The notes: generated from the sequence alone by a model not told the origin. 49,211 bases of DNA from Candidatus Omnitrophota bacterium (GCA_016783715.1 JADHWA010000003.1:1-49211); one strand, 5' to 3'. Positions 18,956-32,410 are shown, numbered from the stretch's first letter. Program-made: numbers and translations.

Positions 18956-19169
18956 TTAATGAGCAGACGATTTATGGAGCGCATCCTGCGACATAAATCG
19001 TAGCTGTATCCTTTTTCCTTATCTGTCAGCGTCTGCGAATTAACCCCGCACCTTTTATTTATTCATAAATTTAGGTATTTTTTGAATACCTAAAAAGGTG
19101 CGGGGTAAGTTCGGACTTTATAAGTTATGTTTCCGCCTACGGCGGATCCATAACTTATGTCCTCACTTA
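18956..19169 (-). repeat. Junction element copy 6 (type C centre), between tuf and rpsJ
   Basis: ttaatga|gcagac..gtctgc|gaattaaccccgcacctttt..aaaaggtgcggggtaagttc|ggac..gtcc|tcactta. Confidence 0.94.
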
Positions 19170-20372
19170 GGCAATTATCTCTATAACTACACCTGCTCCT
19201 ACCGTATGGCCGCCTTCGCGGATGGCGAAACGTGATTCTTTCTCCATAGCGATAGGAATGATCAACTCTACATCCAGGAGCACGTTGTCTCCGGGCATTA
19301 CCATCTCTACACCCTGCGGGAGAGAAGTTGCGCTTCCGGTAACATCTGTAGTCCTGAAGTAAAATTGAGGTCTATAGCCTTTAAAGAACGGAGTATGTCT
19401 TCCGCCTTCTTCCTTATTCAAGATATACACCTGAGCCTTGAATTTTGTATGCGGCGTAATCGATTTAGGCGCTGCTGCAACCATACCACGCTCAATCGAA
19501 TTCTTGTCTACTCCTCGTAAAAGCAACCCAACGTTATCACCTGCCTGACCCTCATCAAGGATCTTGCGGAACATCTCGATTCCGGTAACAACGGTTGAAT
19601 GCGTCTCAGGCCTTAAACCCACTAGCTCTATGGTGTCGTTTAGTTTTACTTTACCACGCTCGATTCTTCCTGTTCCTACCGTACCTCGTCCTTCGATGCT
19701 GAAGACATCTTCTACCGCCATCAAGAAGGGCTTATCCAGGTCTCTGGTAGGCAAAGGAATAAACTCATCGACTGCCTTCATTAACTCAAGGATACACTTG
19801 GCATCTTCACTTTTAGCATCAGCTGTTGTCATCGCTTTAGATGCGCTACCTCTGATGATCGGAGTCTTATCTCCCGGATAGCCATATTTGGTCAACAGAT
19901 CCCTGGTCTCAAGTTCCACCAGATCCAGGAGTTCCTTATCCTCCACTAAATCACATTTGTTCATAAACACGACCATCGCCGGAACGTTAACCTGCCTGGC
20001 TAACAAAATATGCTCTCTTGTCTGAGGCATCGGACCGTCGGCCGCAGATACTACAAGAATCGCACCATCCATCTGTGCGGCACCGGTAATCATATTCTTG
20101 ATATAATCCGCGTGTCCCGGACAGTCAATATGTGCATAATGACGGTTATCTGTTTCGTATTCTACGTGCGCCACCTGAATTGTCAATATCTTGGACGCAT
20201 CTCTTACTGCACCACCTTTAGCAATTTCAGTATATGACTTAGCAGTCGCCTTGCCCAGTTTACTCAACACGTTTAGGATCGCGGCAGTCAATGTAGTCTT
20301 TCCGTGATCGATATGCCCGATGGTACCTATATTTACGTGCGGTTTACTCCTGACAAATTTCTCTTTAGCCAT
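19167..20372 (-). CDS. tuf: Elongation factor Tu
   Basis: [27 protein letters not shown] before the ATG at 20372. Confidence 0.99.
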   Translation of the reverse strand: MAKEKFVRSKPHVNIGTIGHIDHGKTTLTAAILNVLSKLGKATAKSYTEIAKGGAVRDASKILTIQVAHVEYETDNRHYAHIDCPGHADYIKNMITGAAQMDGAILVVSAADGPMPQTREHILLARQVNVPAMVVFMNKCDLVEDKELLDLVELETRDLLTKYGYPGDKTPIIRGSASKAMTTADAKSEDAKCILELMKAVDEFIPLPTRDLDKPFLMAVEDVFSIEGRGTVGTGRIERGKVKLNDTIELVGLRPETHSTVVTGIEMFRKILDEGQAGDNVGLLLRGVDKNSIERGMVAAAPKSITPHTKFKAQVYILNKEEGGRHTPFFKGYRPQFYFRTTDVTGSATSLPQGVEMVMPGDNVLLDVELIIPIAMEKESRFAIREGGHTVGAGVVIEIIA

Positions 20373-20420
20373 TAGTACACCTCCTATTTTTTTTATCAAT
20401 GGCGAAAAAAGTATCTTTAC

Positions 20421-22511
20421 TCATTTACGTGCACCTGTTGATGTCAAGCCAGAAATTATCTTTTCAGCTATATGTGAAGGCACTTCAGCGTAAAATGAAG
20501 GCTCCATTGTATAGGATGCACGGCCTTGTGTCAAGCTCCTTAAGGCCGTGGCATAGTTAAACACTTCTGCTAAGGGGACATTCGCCCTAATCGTACGTAA
20601 ATTATTCCTTTGCGCCAACGAAACTATCTTTGCCCTGCGCGAACTCAAGTCTCCAATCACCTGCCCCATATACTCTTCCGGAACAATCACTTCGACATCC
20701 ATGATCGGCTCAAGCAGTACCGAGCGTGCTGCTCGCAAACCATCATTAAAACCTATCGAGGCTGCCATCTTAAAGGCCAACTCGGAAGAGTCAACCTCGT
20801 GATACGAACCGTCCACCAAAACTACCTTAACATCGGTCACAGGATACCCTGCTAATACACCACTCTTTGCTGCCCCAAAAATACCCTGCTTTACCGGTGA
20901 GATATATTCGCGGGGTATAGCTCCGCTCTTAATCTTATCTTCAAATGTTATACCGGCCCCGGGAGTATCTTGCGGCTCCATCTCCAGGACTACGTGCCCG
21001 TATTGTCCGCGGCCACCGCTCTGAGAAATAAACTTCCCAACACTCTTTACACTCTTGCTAATTGTCTCCCGATAAGCAACCTGAGGAAAACCGACCTGCG
21101 CCTCTACATTAAACTCGCGTAAAATCCGGTCAATAATTACCTCCAGATGCAGCTGCCCCATCCCGGCGATCAAGGTCTGTCCTGTTTCCTGATTATAAGT
21201 CACCTTGAAAGACGGATCCTCTTCCTCTAATTTATGCAGCGCCAAACCCAGCTTCTCCTGGGCATCTTTACTCTTGGGCTCGATCGCCTGCTGAATAACC
21301 GGCTCGGGAAAGTGTATCGCCTCGATAAGAATCGGATTCTCCTTGGTGCAGAGTGTATCCCCGGTCTTAGTCTGTTTTAAACCTACAACTCCGGCGATCT
21401 CACCGGTATGTACCTCCTCAATTATCTCCTGCCTATTGGCATGCATCTTTACGATCTTTGTTACTCGCTCCTTCTCTCTATGGGTGGTGTTATAAGCATA
21501 AGTCCCTGCCTTAAGGCTGCCAGAGTAGACCCTTACGTAATTAATCTTGCCCACAAATGGATCGGTGGCGACCTTGAAACACAAACCGCAGAAGGGAGCA
21601 CTATCAGAGGCCTTAATCTCTTCAAACTCTCCGGTTTCCGGATTGGTGCCTTTTATCGCAGCCACATCTACCGGCGCAGGAAGATAATCGCAGACCGCAT
21701 TTAATAGCAGCTGGACGCCTTTATTTTTAAAAGCAGATCCGCAGAGGATCGGAACAAACTGACAGGCGATTGTGGTTTTGCGTATGGCCTTCTTTAACTG
21801 GTCATTGCTAATCTCTTTACCGTGCAGATAATCTTCCATAATCGAATCATCTACCTCGGCTAATTTTTCAATCAATATTGTGCGGCATTTTTCAACCTCC
21901 CCGGCAAGTTCAGCCGGTACTTCCTGCTCCTGAATATCCTTACCCAAATCATCCTTATAGATGAATAGTTTCCTCTCGATTATATCGATAATCCCTTTAA
22001 AATCGGCTTCCTTGCCATAGGGGATCTGGATCGCCGCCGCATTTGCCGCCAGTCTTCGGTAGATCTGCTCTATCACCATGGAAAGATCGCTTCCGGTACG
22101 ATCCAGCTTATTTACAAAGGCAACCCTGGGAACATTATACCGGTCGGCTTGACGCCAGACGGTTTCTGATTGCGGCTCAACTCCGCCCACACCACAGAAT
22201 ACCACCACCGCTCCGTCAAGGACTTTAAGCGAACGCTCTACCTCAACCGTAAAATCGACATGACCCGGAGTATCTATGATATTGATCGTATAATCATTCC
22301 AGCTACAGGTAGTGGCCGCAGCAGTAATAGTAATCCCCCGCTCCTGCTCCTGCACCATCCAGTCCATAACCGCAGTACCATCATGGACTTCGCCGAGCTT
22401 ATAGGTCTTGCCGGTATAATAGAGGACACGTTCGGTAGTAGTAGTTTTACCGGCATCAATATGCGCGATAATCCCAATATTCCTAATTTTTTCTAAAGGA
22501 ATCTTTCTCAT
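20421..22511 (-). CDS. fusA: Elongation factor G
   Basis: [24 protein letters not shown]; start moved to the ATG at 22511. Confidence 0.98.
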   Translation of the reverse strand: MRKIPLEKIRNIGIIAHIDAGKTTTTERVLYYTGKTYKLGEVHDGTAVMDWMVQEQERGITITAAATTCSWNDYTINIIDTPGHVDFTVEVERSLKVLDGAVVVFCGVGGVEPQSETVWRQADRYNVPRVAFVNKLDRTGSDLSMVIEQIYRRLAANAAAIQIPYGKEADFKGIIDIIERKLFIYKDDLGKDIQEQEVPAELAGEVEKCRTILIEKLAEVDDSIMEDYLHGKEISNDQLKKAIRKTTIACQFVPILCGSAFKNKGVQLLLNAVCDYLPAPVDVAAIKGTNPETGEFEEIKASDSAPFCGLCFKVATDPFVGKINYVRVYSGSLKAGTYAYNTTHREKERVTKIVKMHANRQEIIEEVHTGEIAGVVGLKQTKTGDTLCTKENPILIEAIHFPEPVIQQAIEPKSKDAQEKLGLALHKLEEEDPSFKVTYNQETGQTLIAGMGQLHLEVIIDRILREFNVEAQVGFPQVAYRETISKSVKSVGKFISQSGGRGQYGHVVLEMEPQDTPGAGITFEDKIKSGAIPREYISPVKQGIFGAAKSGVLAGYPVTDVKVVLVDGSYHEVDSSELAFKMAASIGFNDGLRAARSVLLEPIMDVEVIVPEEYMGQVIGDLSSRRAKIVSLAQRNNLRTIRANVPLAEVFNYATALRSLTQGRASYTMEPSFYAEVPSHIAEKIISGLTSTGARK

Positions 22512-22518
22512 AATTAAA

Positions 22519-22989
22519 TTACCATCTAAAATGCGCGTAGGCCTTGTTTGCATCGGCCATTTTGTGAGTATCATCTCTCTTCTTTATCGCAGAACCCTCT
22601 CCCTTAAAAGCCGAAACGACCTCATCGGCCAGCTTCTCTTTCATGGTTCTGCCTTTTTTATTCTTTGAGAAGTCGCGAATCCAGCGTAAAGCAATCGACG
22701 TCCCTCTCTCCTGCCTTACCTCGATAGGCACCTGATAAGTAGCTCCGCCAACCCGCCTTGGTTTTACCTCTAATCGCGGCCTGACGTTATCAATTGCCTT
22801 ATAGAAAGCCTTAAGCACGTCCGCTTCATTAAGCTGCTTGGCAACAATGTCTAATGCACCATAAACGATCTCTTCGGCAATAGATTTCTTTCCTTTGAGC
22901 ATTACCATATTTATGAATTTCGCCACGACCTTGCTATTATATTTCGGGTCTTCTAAAAGCTGTTTATCATGCGCTCTTCTTCTTCTCAT
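22519..22989 (-). CDS. rpsG: 30S ribosomal protein S7
   Basis: [23 protein letters not shown]. Confidence 0.98.
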   Translation of the reverse strand: MRRRRAHDKQLLEDPKYNSKVVAKFINMVMLKGKKSIAEEIVYGALDIVAKQLNEADVLKAFYKAIDNVRPRLEVKPRRVGGATYQVPIEVRQERGTSIALRWIRDFSKNKKGRTMKEKLADEVVSAFKGEGSAIKKRDDTHKMADANKAYAHFRW

Positions 22990-22990
22990 A

Positions 22991-23233
22991 TTAAATGAGC
23001 ACATAACTTACGAACACGTAGTGCGAGTAAGTTATTGTGCGAGTTTAACCCCCCACCACTTTTTGATAAAGTTTTATAAAATTATATCCTGTACTACCGC
23101 TCACTTCACAGCTAAATTTTACCGCCCCTCCACTATACAAAAAGTGGTGGGGGGTGAGTTCGGACAAATAAGTTATGTCGCTTCTATGATCTGAATTTAA
23201 AATATGCTGCTCCATAACTTATGTCCTCACTTA
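22991..23233 (-). repeat. Junction element copy 7 (type A centre), between rpsL and rpsG
   Basis: ttaaatga|gcac..gtgc|gagttt..ttc|ggac..gtcc|tcactta. Confidence 0.94.
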
Positions 23234-23602
23234 TTTTGGCCTCTTGGCTCCGTATTTTGAACGGGATCTCCTGCGGTTACTTACTCCGGAGGTATCCAGG
23301 GTACCTCTTACGATATGGTATCTTACCCCGGGAAGATCCTTTACGCGTCCGCCCCTGACTAAAACTATCGAGTGCTCCTGCAAATTATGCCCTTCTCCGG
23401 GAATATAGGCGGTTACTTCGATCCCTGTGGTTAACCTGACTCTGGCAATCTTACGAAGCGCGGAATTCGGCTTCTTAGGAGTCATGGTGCGTACCTGCAA
23501 ACATACACCGCGCCTCTGAGGACACCCCTTTAATGCAGGCGACTTACTTTTCTTCTTCTTTGAAACCCTTCCCAACCTGATTAATTGGACAATTGTCGGC
23601 AT
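23231..23602 (-). CDS. rpsL: 30S ribosomal protein S12
   Basis: [21 protein letters not shown]. Confidence 0.99.
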   Translation of the reverse strand: MPTIVQLIRLGRVSKKKKSKSPALKGCPQRRGVCLQVRTMTPKKPNSALRKIARVRLTTGIEVTAYIPGEGHNLQEHSIVLVRGGRVKDLPGVRYHIVRGTLDTSGVSNRRRSRSKYGAKRPK

Positions 23603-26600
23603 TAAACTTTTTCCTTTTCCTTTTCCGTTTCTTTCCCTTTTTCTTTTTTCTCTTTAGAGTCAATAATTTTTTCTACTGCTATATTCCTGTGGACATGGAA
23701 ACCAGTACCTGCGGGAATCAGATGCCCCACAATCACGTTCTCCTTAAGACCGAATAGTTCATCCGTCTTCCCGGAGGCTGCCGCATCGGTAAGGACCCGG
23801 GTGGTCTCCTGGAAGCTTGCCGCAGAGATAAAACTCTCGGTGGTCAAAGAAGCCTTGGTAATCCCCAGCAACAATGGTGTAGCCAGTGCCGGTTTGCCGC
23901 CTTTTTTGATTACCCGGGTATTCTCCTTCTGGAATACCCATTTATCCACCTGCTGGGTGGCCAGGAAGTCGGTATCTCCGGAATTCTCTATCCTTACCTT
24001 CTTTAACATCTGCCGGATGATTAACTCAATATGCTTATCATTAATCCGTACGCCCTGCAGACGGTATACCTCCTGCACTTCATTGACTAAATATTCCTGC
24101 AAAACCTTGTCTCCGCATACTCTTAATATATCCTGCAATACCACCGGCCCGTCAGTCAGCTGCTGTCCGGCAATTACCTTATCCCCCTTATAGACATTCG
24201 GATGCTTGCCGTGAGGTATTGTATATTCACACTCCATCCCTGTCGGAGAACGAACGATAATTACCCGCTGCCCCTTCTTGCTCTCGCCGAACTCGACGAA
24301 ACCGTCGATTTCGCTGACGATCGCAGGTTCCTTCGGACGTCTTGCCTCAAATAGCTCGGCTACCCGAGGAAGTCCTCCGGTAATATCCCTGGTCTTACCG
24401 ACAACCCGCGGGATCTTCGCTAAGAGCTCGCCGGCAGCTATTTTATCTGCGTCTTTAACCATAATATGGGCATTTACCGGAATCGGATAAATACCCAGAA
24501 CCTCCTGTTTCTCATCTAAAATCAATACCTGCGGATGATATTCCTGCTTATGCTCAACTACGACTCTTTCAGGTAATTTTGTTACCGGATTCACTTCCTC
24601 TCTTACCGTAACCCCTTCCTTTAAATCCTCGTATTTCACGCGACCGCTAACCTCGGTAAGAACCGGGATGGTATAGGGATCCCAGCGCACAAATATTACC
24701 CCTTTGTTAACCTCGTTGCCGTCTGCAATATTGATATAGGCACCCTGAAGTATAGGATAACGCTCCAGTTCCCTGCCCTGTTTATCGTTTATGCTGATAA
24801 ATCCGTTTCTATTTAAGACAATGAACTCCTTGTTCTTTGCGGTTATCCTTAGGGCATGATATTTAGCCAGCCCCTTGTTCTTGGACTTCAAATATGACTG
24901 CTCAACTGTTCTTGAGGCCGTACCGCCGATATGGAAAGTTCTCATTGTAAGCTGAGTTCCCGGCTCTCCGATGCTCTGGGCGGCGATTACCCCTACTGCT
25001 TCCCCGACTTCAACCGTCCTGCCGGTAGCCAGGTTTCTTCCATAGCACCTGGTGCAGACTCCCCGCTCGGACTCACAGGTAAGCGCACTTCTGATGCGGA
25101 TCTTTTCAATTCCCAACATCTCAATCCTATCCGCCTTCTCTTCGGAGATATCGCTTCCTGCCTCGACGATTACTTTATCGGTAATGATATCTACTATATT
25201 ATCCAATGCGGTTCTTCCTACGATACGGTCTTTTAAACTGACCACTTCTTCATCGCCTTCAATGATCGCTGCGACCGTAATCCCGTTTAAGGTACCGCAA
25301 TTCTCTTCGCTGACGATAACTTCTTGCGCGACATCCACCAACCTGCGGGTCAGGTAACCGGCATCCGCAGTCTTAAGCGCGGTATCCGCCAACCCCTTGC
25401 GCGCGCCGTGTGTTGAAATAAAATACTCCAACACCGTCAGCCCCTCCCGGAAGTTTGCAGTAATAGGGCTTTCAATAATCTCTCCCGACGGCTTTGCCAT
25501 CAGACCTCGCATCCCGGCAAGCTGCCTTATCTGCAGGCGTGATCCTCGTGCTCCGGAATCAGCCATCATAAATATGGGATTAAAGGCCGCCATCTCCTTA
25601 AATAATAGATCCGATACCCTATCAGTGGTATGGGTCCAGATAGCGATAACCTTATTTGAGCGCTCGCTGTCGGTAATAACCCCTCGATGATACTGTTCTT
25701 CCACTTTGGCTACTTCGCCACGCGCCTCCTTCAAGACATCCTTCTTCTCCTTGGGGATCACCAAGTCATCTATACCAATCGAAATTCCCCCTAAGGTGGC
25801 ATGGATAAACCCAAGCCTCTTGAGTTCGTCTAAGAGTTTTATGGTTCTGGTGTGGCCAAAGCGCTTGTAGGTTTCAGTAACAATATCTCCGACCTTGGTT
25901 TTATTCAGTTCTTGATTGACAAAACCAAAGCCCTCCGGTAATACTTCGTTAAATACTACCCTGCCGCAGGTAGTTGTAATCATCTCTGGCTTATCAGTAA
26001 ACTTCTTATCTTCAATCTCAAAGGTCGACTTTACCCTTACCCTAATTCTTGCATGCAGATCTATCTGGTTATCGGAATGCGCGGTAATCACTTCATCGGC
26101 ATTTGCGAATACCTTATCCTCGCCTTTAGCTCCTGGCTTTTCTTTTGAAAGATAGTTGAGTCCTAGAATAATGTCTTGGGTGGGGGTGATAATCGGGCGG
26201 CCATCTGCGGGTGAGAAGATATTGTTAATAGAGAGCATCAATATCTTTGCTTCTATCTGGGCTTCCAGAGATAGGGGCACATGTACCGCCATCTGGTCGC
26301 CGTCAAAATCCGCATTAAAGGCAGTACAGACCAACGGGTGGATCTTAATTGACTTACCTTCGATCAGGATCGGCTGAAATGCCTGTATACCCAAACGATG
26401 CAGCGTAGGCGCACGGTTTAAGAATACCGGATGATCCTGAATCACTTCATCTAATATATCCCACACTTCTATCTTTCCGCGCTCCACCATCCTGCGGGCG
26501 CCTTTGATCGTATGGACAAATCCCTTCTCTCTGAGCTTCTTAATGATAAAAGGCTCAAATAACTCCAAGGCCATCTGCTTAGGCAGACCGCATTCATGGA

Positions 26601-27657
26601 GTTTTAGCTCCGGCCCGACTACGATTACAGAGCGGCCAGAGTAGTCAACGCGTTTTCCTAGGAGATTCTGACGGAACCTTCCCTGCTTCCCCTTAAGCAT
26701 ATCTGAGAGAGACTTCAAGGGACGGTTGTTGGCGCCCAGCACCGGGCGACCATGCCTTCCGTTATCCAAGAGCGCATCCACAGCTTCCTGAAGCATGCGC
26801 TTTTCATTGCGGATGATGATCTCCGGGGCGTTGAGCTCAATTAACTTCTTTAATCGATTATTACGGTTAATTACCCGGCGGTATAAGTCATTGAGGTCCG
26901 AAGTAGCAAATCTTCCACCGTCTAAAGGAACCAGAGGCCTTAAATCCGGAGGGATCACCGGCAGGATCTCTAAGATCATCCAGTCCGGCTTATTATCTGA
27001 TTTTTTGAAATCCTCTATCAACTTTAAGGATTTTAGAATCTTGCGGTTATTTGCTGTCTCCTTTGTTTTGTCAAGGTCCTTGCGTAACTTACGGCAATAG
27101 GTATCAACGTCAAGTTCCTTTAGGAGATCCTGGACTGCCCCTGCTCCGATCTTTGCCTTAAAGCCGCTGCCGTACTTCTCAATGGCTTCCTGATATTTAT
27201 CCTCCGTCAGGAGTTCTTTTTTCTTTAAAGGAGTAGTGCCGGGATCCAGGACTACATATTCTTCATAATAGATAACCTTCTCGAGGTTCCTTAAGCCGAT
27301 ATCCAATAAAGCTGCCAGGCGCGAAGGCACGGCTTTAAAAAACCAGATATGAGTGACGGGTGCGGCTAACTCAATATGCCCCATACGCTCACGCCTGACG
27401 CATGAACGGTCGATATGGACACCACAGCGGTCACAGGTTATACCTTTGAATTTTATCCCCTTATACTTGCCGCAATTACACTCCCAGTCGCGGACCGGAC
27501 CGAAGATCTTCTCGCAAAACAGGCCGTCTTTCTCGGGCTTGAGTGTGCGGTAATTGATCGTCTCGGCTTTCTTTACTTCGCCTTTAGACCAGGACTTGAT
27601 CACCTGCGCAGAGGCAATCTTTATGGAGATACTGTCAAAACTAGTGGTCTCTTCCAT
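23602..27657 (-). CDS. rpoC: RNA polymerase subunit beta'
   Basis: NADFDGD, zinc-finger cysteines, [14 protein letters not shown]; start moved to the ATG at 27657. Confidence 0.99.
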   Translation of the reverse strand: MEETTSFDSISIKIASAQVIKSWSKGEVKKAETINYRTLKPEKDGLFCEKIFGPVRDWECNCGKYKGIKFKGITCDRCGVHIDRSCVRRERMGHIELAAPVTHIWFFKAVPSRLAALLDIGLRNLEKVIYYEEYVVLDPGTTPLKKKELLTEDKYQEAIEKYGSGFKAKIGAGAVQDLLKELDVDTYCRKLRKDLDKTKETANNRKILKSLKLIEDFKKSDNKPDWMILEILPVIPPDLRPLVPLDGGRFATSDLNDLYRRVINRNNRLKKLIELNAPEIIIRNEKRMLQEAVDALLDNGRHGRPVLGANNRPLKSLSDMLKGKQGRFRQNLLGKRVDYSGRSVIVVGPELKLHECGLPKQMALELFEPFIIKKLREKGFVHTIKGARRMVERGKIEVWDILDEVIQDHPVFLNRAPTLHRLGIQAFQPILIEGKSIKIHPLVCTAFNADFDGDQMAVHVPLSLEAQIEAKILMLSINNIFSPADGRPIITPTQDIILGLNYLSKEKPGAKGEDKVFANADEVITAHSDNQIDLHARIRVRVKSTFEIEDKKFTDKPEMITTTCGRVVFNEVLPEGFGFVNQELNKTKVGDIVTETYKRFGHTRTIKLLDELKRLGFIHATLGGISIGIDDLVIPKEKKDVLKEARGEVAKVEEQYHRGVITDSERSNKVIAIWTHTTDRVSDLLFKEMAAFNPIFMMADSGARGSRLQIRQLAGMRGLMAKPSGEIIESPITANFREGLTVLEYFISTHGARKGLADTALKTADAGYLTRRLVDVAQEVIVSEENCGTLNGITVAAIIEGDEEVVSLKDRIVGRTALDNIVDIITDKVIVEAGSDISEEKADRIEMLGIEKIRIRSALTCESERGVCTRCYGRNLATGRTVEVGEAVGVIAAQSIGEPGTQLTMRTFHIGGTASRTVEQSYLKSKNKGLAKYHALRITAKNKEFIVLNRNGFISINDKQGRELERYPILQGAYINIADGNEVNKGVIFVRWDPYTIPVLTEVSGRVKYEDLKEGVTVREEVNPVTKLPERVVVEHKQEYHPQVLILDEKQEVLGIYPIPVNAHIMVKDADKIAAGELLAKIPRVVGKTRDITGGLPRVAELFEARRPKEPAIVSEIDGFVEFGESKKGQRVIIVRSPTGMECEYTIPHGKHPNVYKGDKVIAGQQLTDGPVVLQDILRVCGDKVLQEYLVNEVQEVYRLQGVRINDKHIELIIRQMLKKVRIENSGDTDFLATQQVDKWVFQKENTRVIKKGGKPALATPLLLGITKASLTTESFISAASFQETTRVLTDAAASGKTDELFGLKENVIVGHLIPAGTGFHVHRNIAVEKIIDSKEKKEKGKETEKEKEKV

Positions 27658-27659
27658 AT

Positions 27660-27899
27660 TTAATGAGCGCATAACTTACGATCCGCCGTAGGCGCAAGAG
27701 TAAGTTATTGCGCGAATTTAACCCCCCACCACTTTTTGATAAAGTTTTATAAAATTATATCCTGTACTACCACTCACTTCACAGCTAAATTTTACCGCCC
27801 CTCCACTATACAAAAAGTGGTGGGGGGTGAGTTCGACCAGATAAGTTATGTCGTTTCTATCATTCTTGAATACAGCTCCATAACTTATGGTCTCACTCA
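27660..27899 (-). repeat. Junction element copy 8 (type A centre), between rpoB and rpoC
   Basis: ttaatga|gcgc..gcgc|gaattt..ttc|gacc..ggtc|tcactca. Confidence 0.94.
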
Positions 27900-30800
27900 T
27901 TTTGTCTTCTCCGTTTTAATATCCAGACACAATCCCTGCAACTCTTTCAGTAATACGTTAAAGGACTCCGGTGTACCGTGAACCAGACGCTGCTCTCCTT
28001 TTACTATCGCCTCATAGATCCTGGTTCTCCCTGAGACATCGTCACTCTTTACGGTCAGCATCTCTTGTAAGGTAAAGGCAGCCCCATATGCCTCCAGGGC
28101 CCAAACCTCCATCTCCCCTAATCTCTGTCCGCCGAACTGAGCTTTGCCGCCTAATGGCTGCTGAGTGACCAACGAATATGGCCCGATAGAGCGGGCATGG
28201 ATCTTATCATCAACCAGATGAATCAGCTTCATTATATAGATATAGCCTATAGTAACCTCCTGATCAAAAGGTTCTCCGGTGTATCCGTCGTAAAGGCGGA
28301 TTTTACCGCTGGTAGGCAAATTCGCTTTCTTAAGCATCTCTTTGATCTCCGACTCCTTGGCGCCGTCAAAAACGGGTGAGTCAAATTTCAGCCCCAGAAT
28401 TTTACCTGCCCAGCCAAGGTGTGTCTCTAAAATCTGCCCCACATTCATACGCGAGGGAACGCCTAATGGATTCAATATAACCTCGACCGGAGTTCCGTCA
28501 GGCGTAAAGGGCATATCCTCCTGAGGAATGATTTTGGCCACCACACCTTTATTACCGTGCCTACCTGCCAGTTTATCACCCTCGGATACTTTGCGCTTGG
28601 TAGCGATATAAACTACCACCCTCTTTAAGACTCCGGGAGGCAATTCATCGCCCCTGCGAACTTTATCAACCTCCTGCTGCTCCTCTGCCATTAATTCCTG
28701 GAGCTGCTCGTCAAAAGAAGATGCCAGAATCTTGGCCTCTTCGTTATCACTGAAATCCATCTTCTGGATTTTCTTTTTATCTATACCTGAGATCTGGCTT
28801 AAGCGGTTTACTTTTTCTGTCTCAAGAAACTCTACCTCCTGCTTATAGTAGGCCTTAATCTCTCTTATTTTTGCCAGCTCCTTTGATTTCTCCTCTTTGG
28901 TTTTTCTCCCTCTATCCTTACGGGAGAAAACGTGCACCTCTATAACCACCCCTTCGACTCCCGGGGGGGCGGTCAGGGAAGTATCACGGACATCCCCGGC
29001 TTTCTCACCGAATATCGCACGCAACAATCTCTCCTCCGGAGATAATTCAGACTCAGTTTTCGGGGTAACCTTACCTACCATAATATCACCCGGCTCAACC
29101 TTTGCACCCATACGGATAATCCCGGTCTCATCGAGATTGCGCAATGCTTCCTCGCTGACGTTGGGGATATCACGGGTGATATCCTCATTACCCAGGCGGG
29201 TCTCTGTAGCTTCAATATCAAACTCCTCTACGTGTATAGAGGTAAAGGTATCTTCCTTTACCAGCTTATCGCTTAGGATGATCGCATCTTCAAAGTTATA
29301 CCCCCTCCAGGACATAAAGGCACATAAAACATTCTTGCCTAAAGCGAGTTCCCCATTCCTTGTAGCAGTTCCGTCGGCAATAACCTCGCCTTCGGCCACC
29401 CGCTGGCCGATTTTGACGATCGGCCGCTGATTCAGGCAGGTATCTGCGTTTGTGCGCTGGAATTTCTTTAAATGATATATCTTTTTTCCGATGGCGATAG
29501 TGGAGACGTCCAGGTTAGTCACCTTGCCTGAGCCTTCGGCTAACACAACACTACCGGAGTCTGCGGCAACCTTAGCCTCCATCGCCGTACCCACAATCGG
29601 AGCCTCGGTAATCATCAATGGGACTGCCTGCCTCTGCATATTTGACCCCATTAAGGCACGGTTGGCATCATCATGCTCTAAGAACGGAATCAGAGAGGCG
29701 GCCACAGAAACCAACTGCTTCGGAGAAACATCCATATATTGGACCTGCTTGGGCGGAACCTTCGGCAGGAAATCCCCCCGATGTCGGCAGGAAATCTCCT
29801 TCTCCGCAAAATAGCCTTCGTTATCTAAAGGAATGTTCGCCTGGGCAATGACCTTATCTTCTTCTATATCTGCAGTTAAATATTCGATCTTTCGTGTTAC
29901 TCGCCCTTCTTCAACCTTACGATAAGGCGTCTCTATCAGCCCAAGCGGATTTACGCGCGCATAAGTGCTTAAAGATGCAATTAACCCGATATTCGGGCCT
30001 TCAGGGGTTTCAATCGGACAGACGCGGCCGTAATGAGAAGGATGGATATCTCTCACCTCGAACCCTGCTCGCTCCCGCGATAGGCCTCCCGGCCCTAATG
30101 CACTCAAGCGTCGCTTATGAGTCATCTCTGCCAGTGGATTGACCTGGTCCATAAATTGAGATAACTGGCTGCGGGCAAAGAAATCCCGTATCTGATTAGA
30201 TAAAAGTTTCGAATTAATCAAATAATGGATATTGAGCGTGTCTAAATCACCCAGGATGCCCAGTCTTTCACGGATAGAGCGCTCAACCCGGCTTAATCCG
30301 ATCCTAACCTGATTCTGGACCAGTTCTCCTACCGTCTTCACACGACGGTTACCCAGATGATCGATATCATCGATCTTTCCTTCTCCGCTTTTGAGTTTTA
30401 TCAGATACTCCATTACCTTTATTACGGTGGCCGAATCCAATATCCTCTTCTCTAAGGAGACTTCCATCCCCAGCTTGCGATTAAGGATAAATCTACCGAC
30501 CTTCTCTAAATCATACCTGGCCGGATCAAAGAACAATCTATAAAATAAGCCTTCTGCTGCTTCCTTGGTTACCGGTTCTACCGGACGCATCTTACGGTAA
30601 AAATCTAAATAGGCCTCTTCTTTACTTTTTGTGGGATCTTTCCTGAGTGTATTCTCGATCTCGGGATATTCTGCGCCGAATGCTGTGATGATATCCTGGT
30701 CACTGGAAAACCCCAAAATTCTCAATATCTGAGTGGCAGGGAAGTTTCTTCGCCTATCGACATAAGCCAGGATGGTCTCTGTAAGGTCATACTTAAATTC

Positions 30801-31307
30801 AAGCCAGGCCCCGCGATAAGGGATGATCCGGCCGTGAAATATCCTCTTGCCGGTAGGATGCTCTTCTTCCTCAAAAGAAACACCTGGTGATCTCTGAAGC
30901 TGACTTACTACCACCCGCTCGTCTCCGTTAATAATGAAGGTCCCTGTTTCAGTCATCAGGGGGATATCTCCGAAGTAGGCATCCTGCTCCCTAGTCTCGC
31001 GCGGAGTAGTTAATCTGAATTTTACTTTTAAGGGTGCCGCATAAGTTACCGAGCGACGCTTAGACTCGGACATATTATACTTAGGCTTGCCAAGAGTATA
31101 GCTGATAAACTCCAGCTTGAGAGATCGCTCGTTATTCTCGATTGGAAAAATCTCATCGAATACCTCCTGGAGCCCCTGATTATTTCTACCGGCTTTTGCA
31201 GTTACTTCCATCTGCAGAAAGTCGCGGTAAGCATTCAGCTGCACCTCTAAAAAGTCAGGTAGTTCGTAAACTTCTTTGAGTTTTGCAAAGGTTCTACGTT
31301 TTGCCAT
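27897..31307 (-). CDS. rpoB: RNA polymerase subunit beta
   Basis: [31 protein letters not shown]. Confidence 0.99.
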   Translation of the reverse strand: MAKRRTFAKLKEVYELPDFLEVQLNAYRDFLQMEVTAKAGRNNQGLQEVFDEIFPIENNERSLKLEFISYTLGKPKYNMSESKRRSVTYAAPLKVKFRLTTPRETREQDAYFGDIPLMTETGTFIINGDERVVVSQLQRSPGVSFEEEEHPTGKRIFHGRIIPYRGAWLEFKYDLTETILAYVDRRRNFPATQILRILGFSSDQDIITAFGAEYPEIENTLRKDPTKSKEEAYLDFYRKMRPVEPVTKEAAEGLFYRLFFDPARYDLEKVGRFILNRKLGMEVSLEKRILDSATVIKVMEYLIKLKSGEGKIDDIDHLGNRRVKTVGELVQNQVRIGLSRVERSIRERLGILGDLDTLNIHYLINSKLLSNQIRDFFARSQLSQFMDQVNPLAEMTHKRRLSALGPGGLSRERAGFEVRDIHPSHYGRVCPIETPEGPNIGLIASLSTYARVNPLGLIETPYRKVEEGRVTRKIEYLTADIEEDKVIAQANIPLDNEGYFAEKEISCRHRGDFLPKVPPKQVQYMDVSPKQLVSVAASLIPFLEHDDANRALMGSNMQRQAVPLMITEAPIVGTAMEAKVAADSGSVVLAEGSGKVTNLDVSTIAIGKKIYHLKKFQRTNADTCLNQRPIVKIGQRVAEGEVIADGTATRNGELALGKNVLCAFMSWRGYNFEDAIILSDKLVKEDTFTSIHVEEFDIEATETRLGNEDITRDIPNVSEEALRNLDETGIIRMGAKVEPGDIMVGKVTPKTESELSPEERLLRAIFGEKAGDVRDTSLTAPPGVEGVVIEVHVFSRKDRGRKTKEEKSKELAKIREIKAYYKQEVEFLETEKVNRLSQISGIDKKKIQKMDFSDNEEAKILASSFDEQLQELMAEEQQEVDKVRRGDELPPGVLKRVVVYIATKRKVSEGDKLAGRHGNKGVVAKIIPQEDMPFTPDGTPVEVILNPLGVPSRMNVGQILETHLGWAGKILGLKFDSPVFDGAKESEIKEMLKKANLPTSGKIRLYDGYTGEPFDQEVTIGYIYIMKLIHLVDDKIHARSIGPYSLVTQQPLGGKAQFGGQRLGEMEVWALEAYGAAFTLQEMLTVKSDDVSGRTRIYEAIVKGEQRLVHGTPESFNVLLKELQGLCLDIKTEKTK

Positions 31308-31347
31308 TTTTCCCCGCTTTTATTTAGTACTGGTGAAGTAATTTTTA

Positions 31348-31734
31348 TTACTTTAACTCTACGGTTGCGCCGGCCGCTTCCAATTTTTTCTTCATCTCTT
31401 CGGCCTCTTCTTTGGTCACGCCTTCTTTAATAGCCTTGGGAGCTGCATCAACCAACTCTTTGGCTTCCTTTAGACCCAGGCTGGTCATAGTCCTGACTTC
31501 TTTAATCACGGAGATCTTGTTTCCTCCGGCACTCGCTAGGACTACGTTGAAGCTGGTTTTCTCTTCCTCTGCGGCTCCGGCAGCTGCACCTGCACCGCCT
31601 GCTGGCATAGCCATCATCGGCATATTTGCCTCAACACCAAACTTCTCCTCAAGGGCCTTGACCAAATCAGCCAACTCCAAGACACTCATCTCTTCGATCG
31701 ATTTAATCAGATCTTCCTTCTTTGCACTAGCCAT
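31348..31734 (-). CDS. rplL: 50S ribosomal protein L7/L12
   Basis: [15 protein letters not shown] before the ATG at 31734. Confidence 0.97.
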   Translation of the reverse strand: MASAKKEDLIKSIEEMSVLELADLVKALEEKFGVEANMPMMAMPAGGAGAAAGAAEEEKTSFNVVLASAGGNKISVIKEVRTMTSLGLKEAKELVDAAPKAIKEGVTKEEAEEMKKKLEAAGATVELK

Positions 31735-31754
31735 TTTCACCTCCTGGTATAGTC

Positions 31755-31894
31755 ATCAGGTATAACTATGGATTATACCTGATTACTGTGATTATTTTAG
31801 ATTACGGAGATTAAATTTTTTAATCGCAGTAATCTCTTTTCCTAATCTATGCAATCAAGGCATCCCCCTATTGCTTCGCTTCCTGGGATGCCTT
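31755..31894. repeat. GATTAC/GTAATC palindromic intergenic element, copy B (rplJ-rplL)
   Basis: Hairpin atcaggtataa/ttatacctgat; gattac.. and ..gtaatc arrays; aaggcatccc/gggatgcctt hairpin over the rplJ stop. Confidence 0.7.
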
Positions 31895-32410
31895 CTTCTC
31901 TCTTATTTTATCTATACAAATCACAAACTTCTTTAAGGTGTTATTCAGCACCATTACAAAACCGGATATCGGTGCATTCAGGGTCATCACCAGCTTTGCG
32001 CGCATAACCTCCTTAGAGGGTAGCTTTGCCAACTCCTCTATATCCTTTTGCTCTAAGACCTTATCCTTTAAAAAGCCCCCCTGGAGAATCAACTCTTTGT
32101 GCTTCTTAGTAAAGTCATAAAGAACTTTTGAGGCGTCTACGGGTTCATCCTGCACGAAGACAAGCCCGCAAGGCCCCTCGATATTCTTAACCGTGTCTTT
32201 GTGTCCTGAAGACTCCAGCGCTCTTCTGGCGACGGAATTCTTTACCACAAAAAGGCTGGCATTTGAACTTTTCAGACTGGTGCGCAGACCGCTCAGATCG
32301 GGACTTGCTACTCCGGAATACTTTACAATAAAAAAACAGTTTGAACCCTTTAAGGCAGTCTTGATCCGATTTTCCGCAGTTTCTTTAAATACTATGCCGA
32401 TTTTTTTCAT
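31868..32410 (-). CDS. rplJ: 50S ribosomal protein L10
   Basis: [17 protein letters not shown]; conserved synteny. Confidence 0.95.
   Translation of the reverse strand: MKKIGIVFKETAENRIKTALKGSNCFFIVKYSGVASPDLSGLRTSLKSSNASLFVVKNSVARRALESSGHKDTVKNIEGPCGLVFVQDEPVDASKVLYDFTKKHKELILQGGFLKDKVLEQKDIEELAKLPSKEVMRAKLVMTLNAPISGFVMVLNNTLKKFVICIDKIREKKASQEAKQ

Noticed and set aside
27718-27981. Small ORFs overlapping junction elements (also 6532-6753, 11924-12118, 22895-23194, 43612-43965)
   Set aside because: The shared peptides arise only from the repeat DNA. Frames and starts are not conserved among copies.
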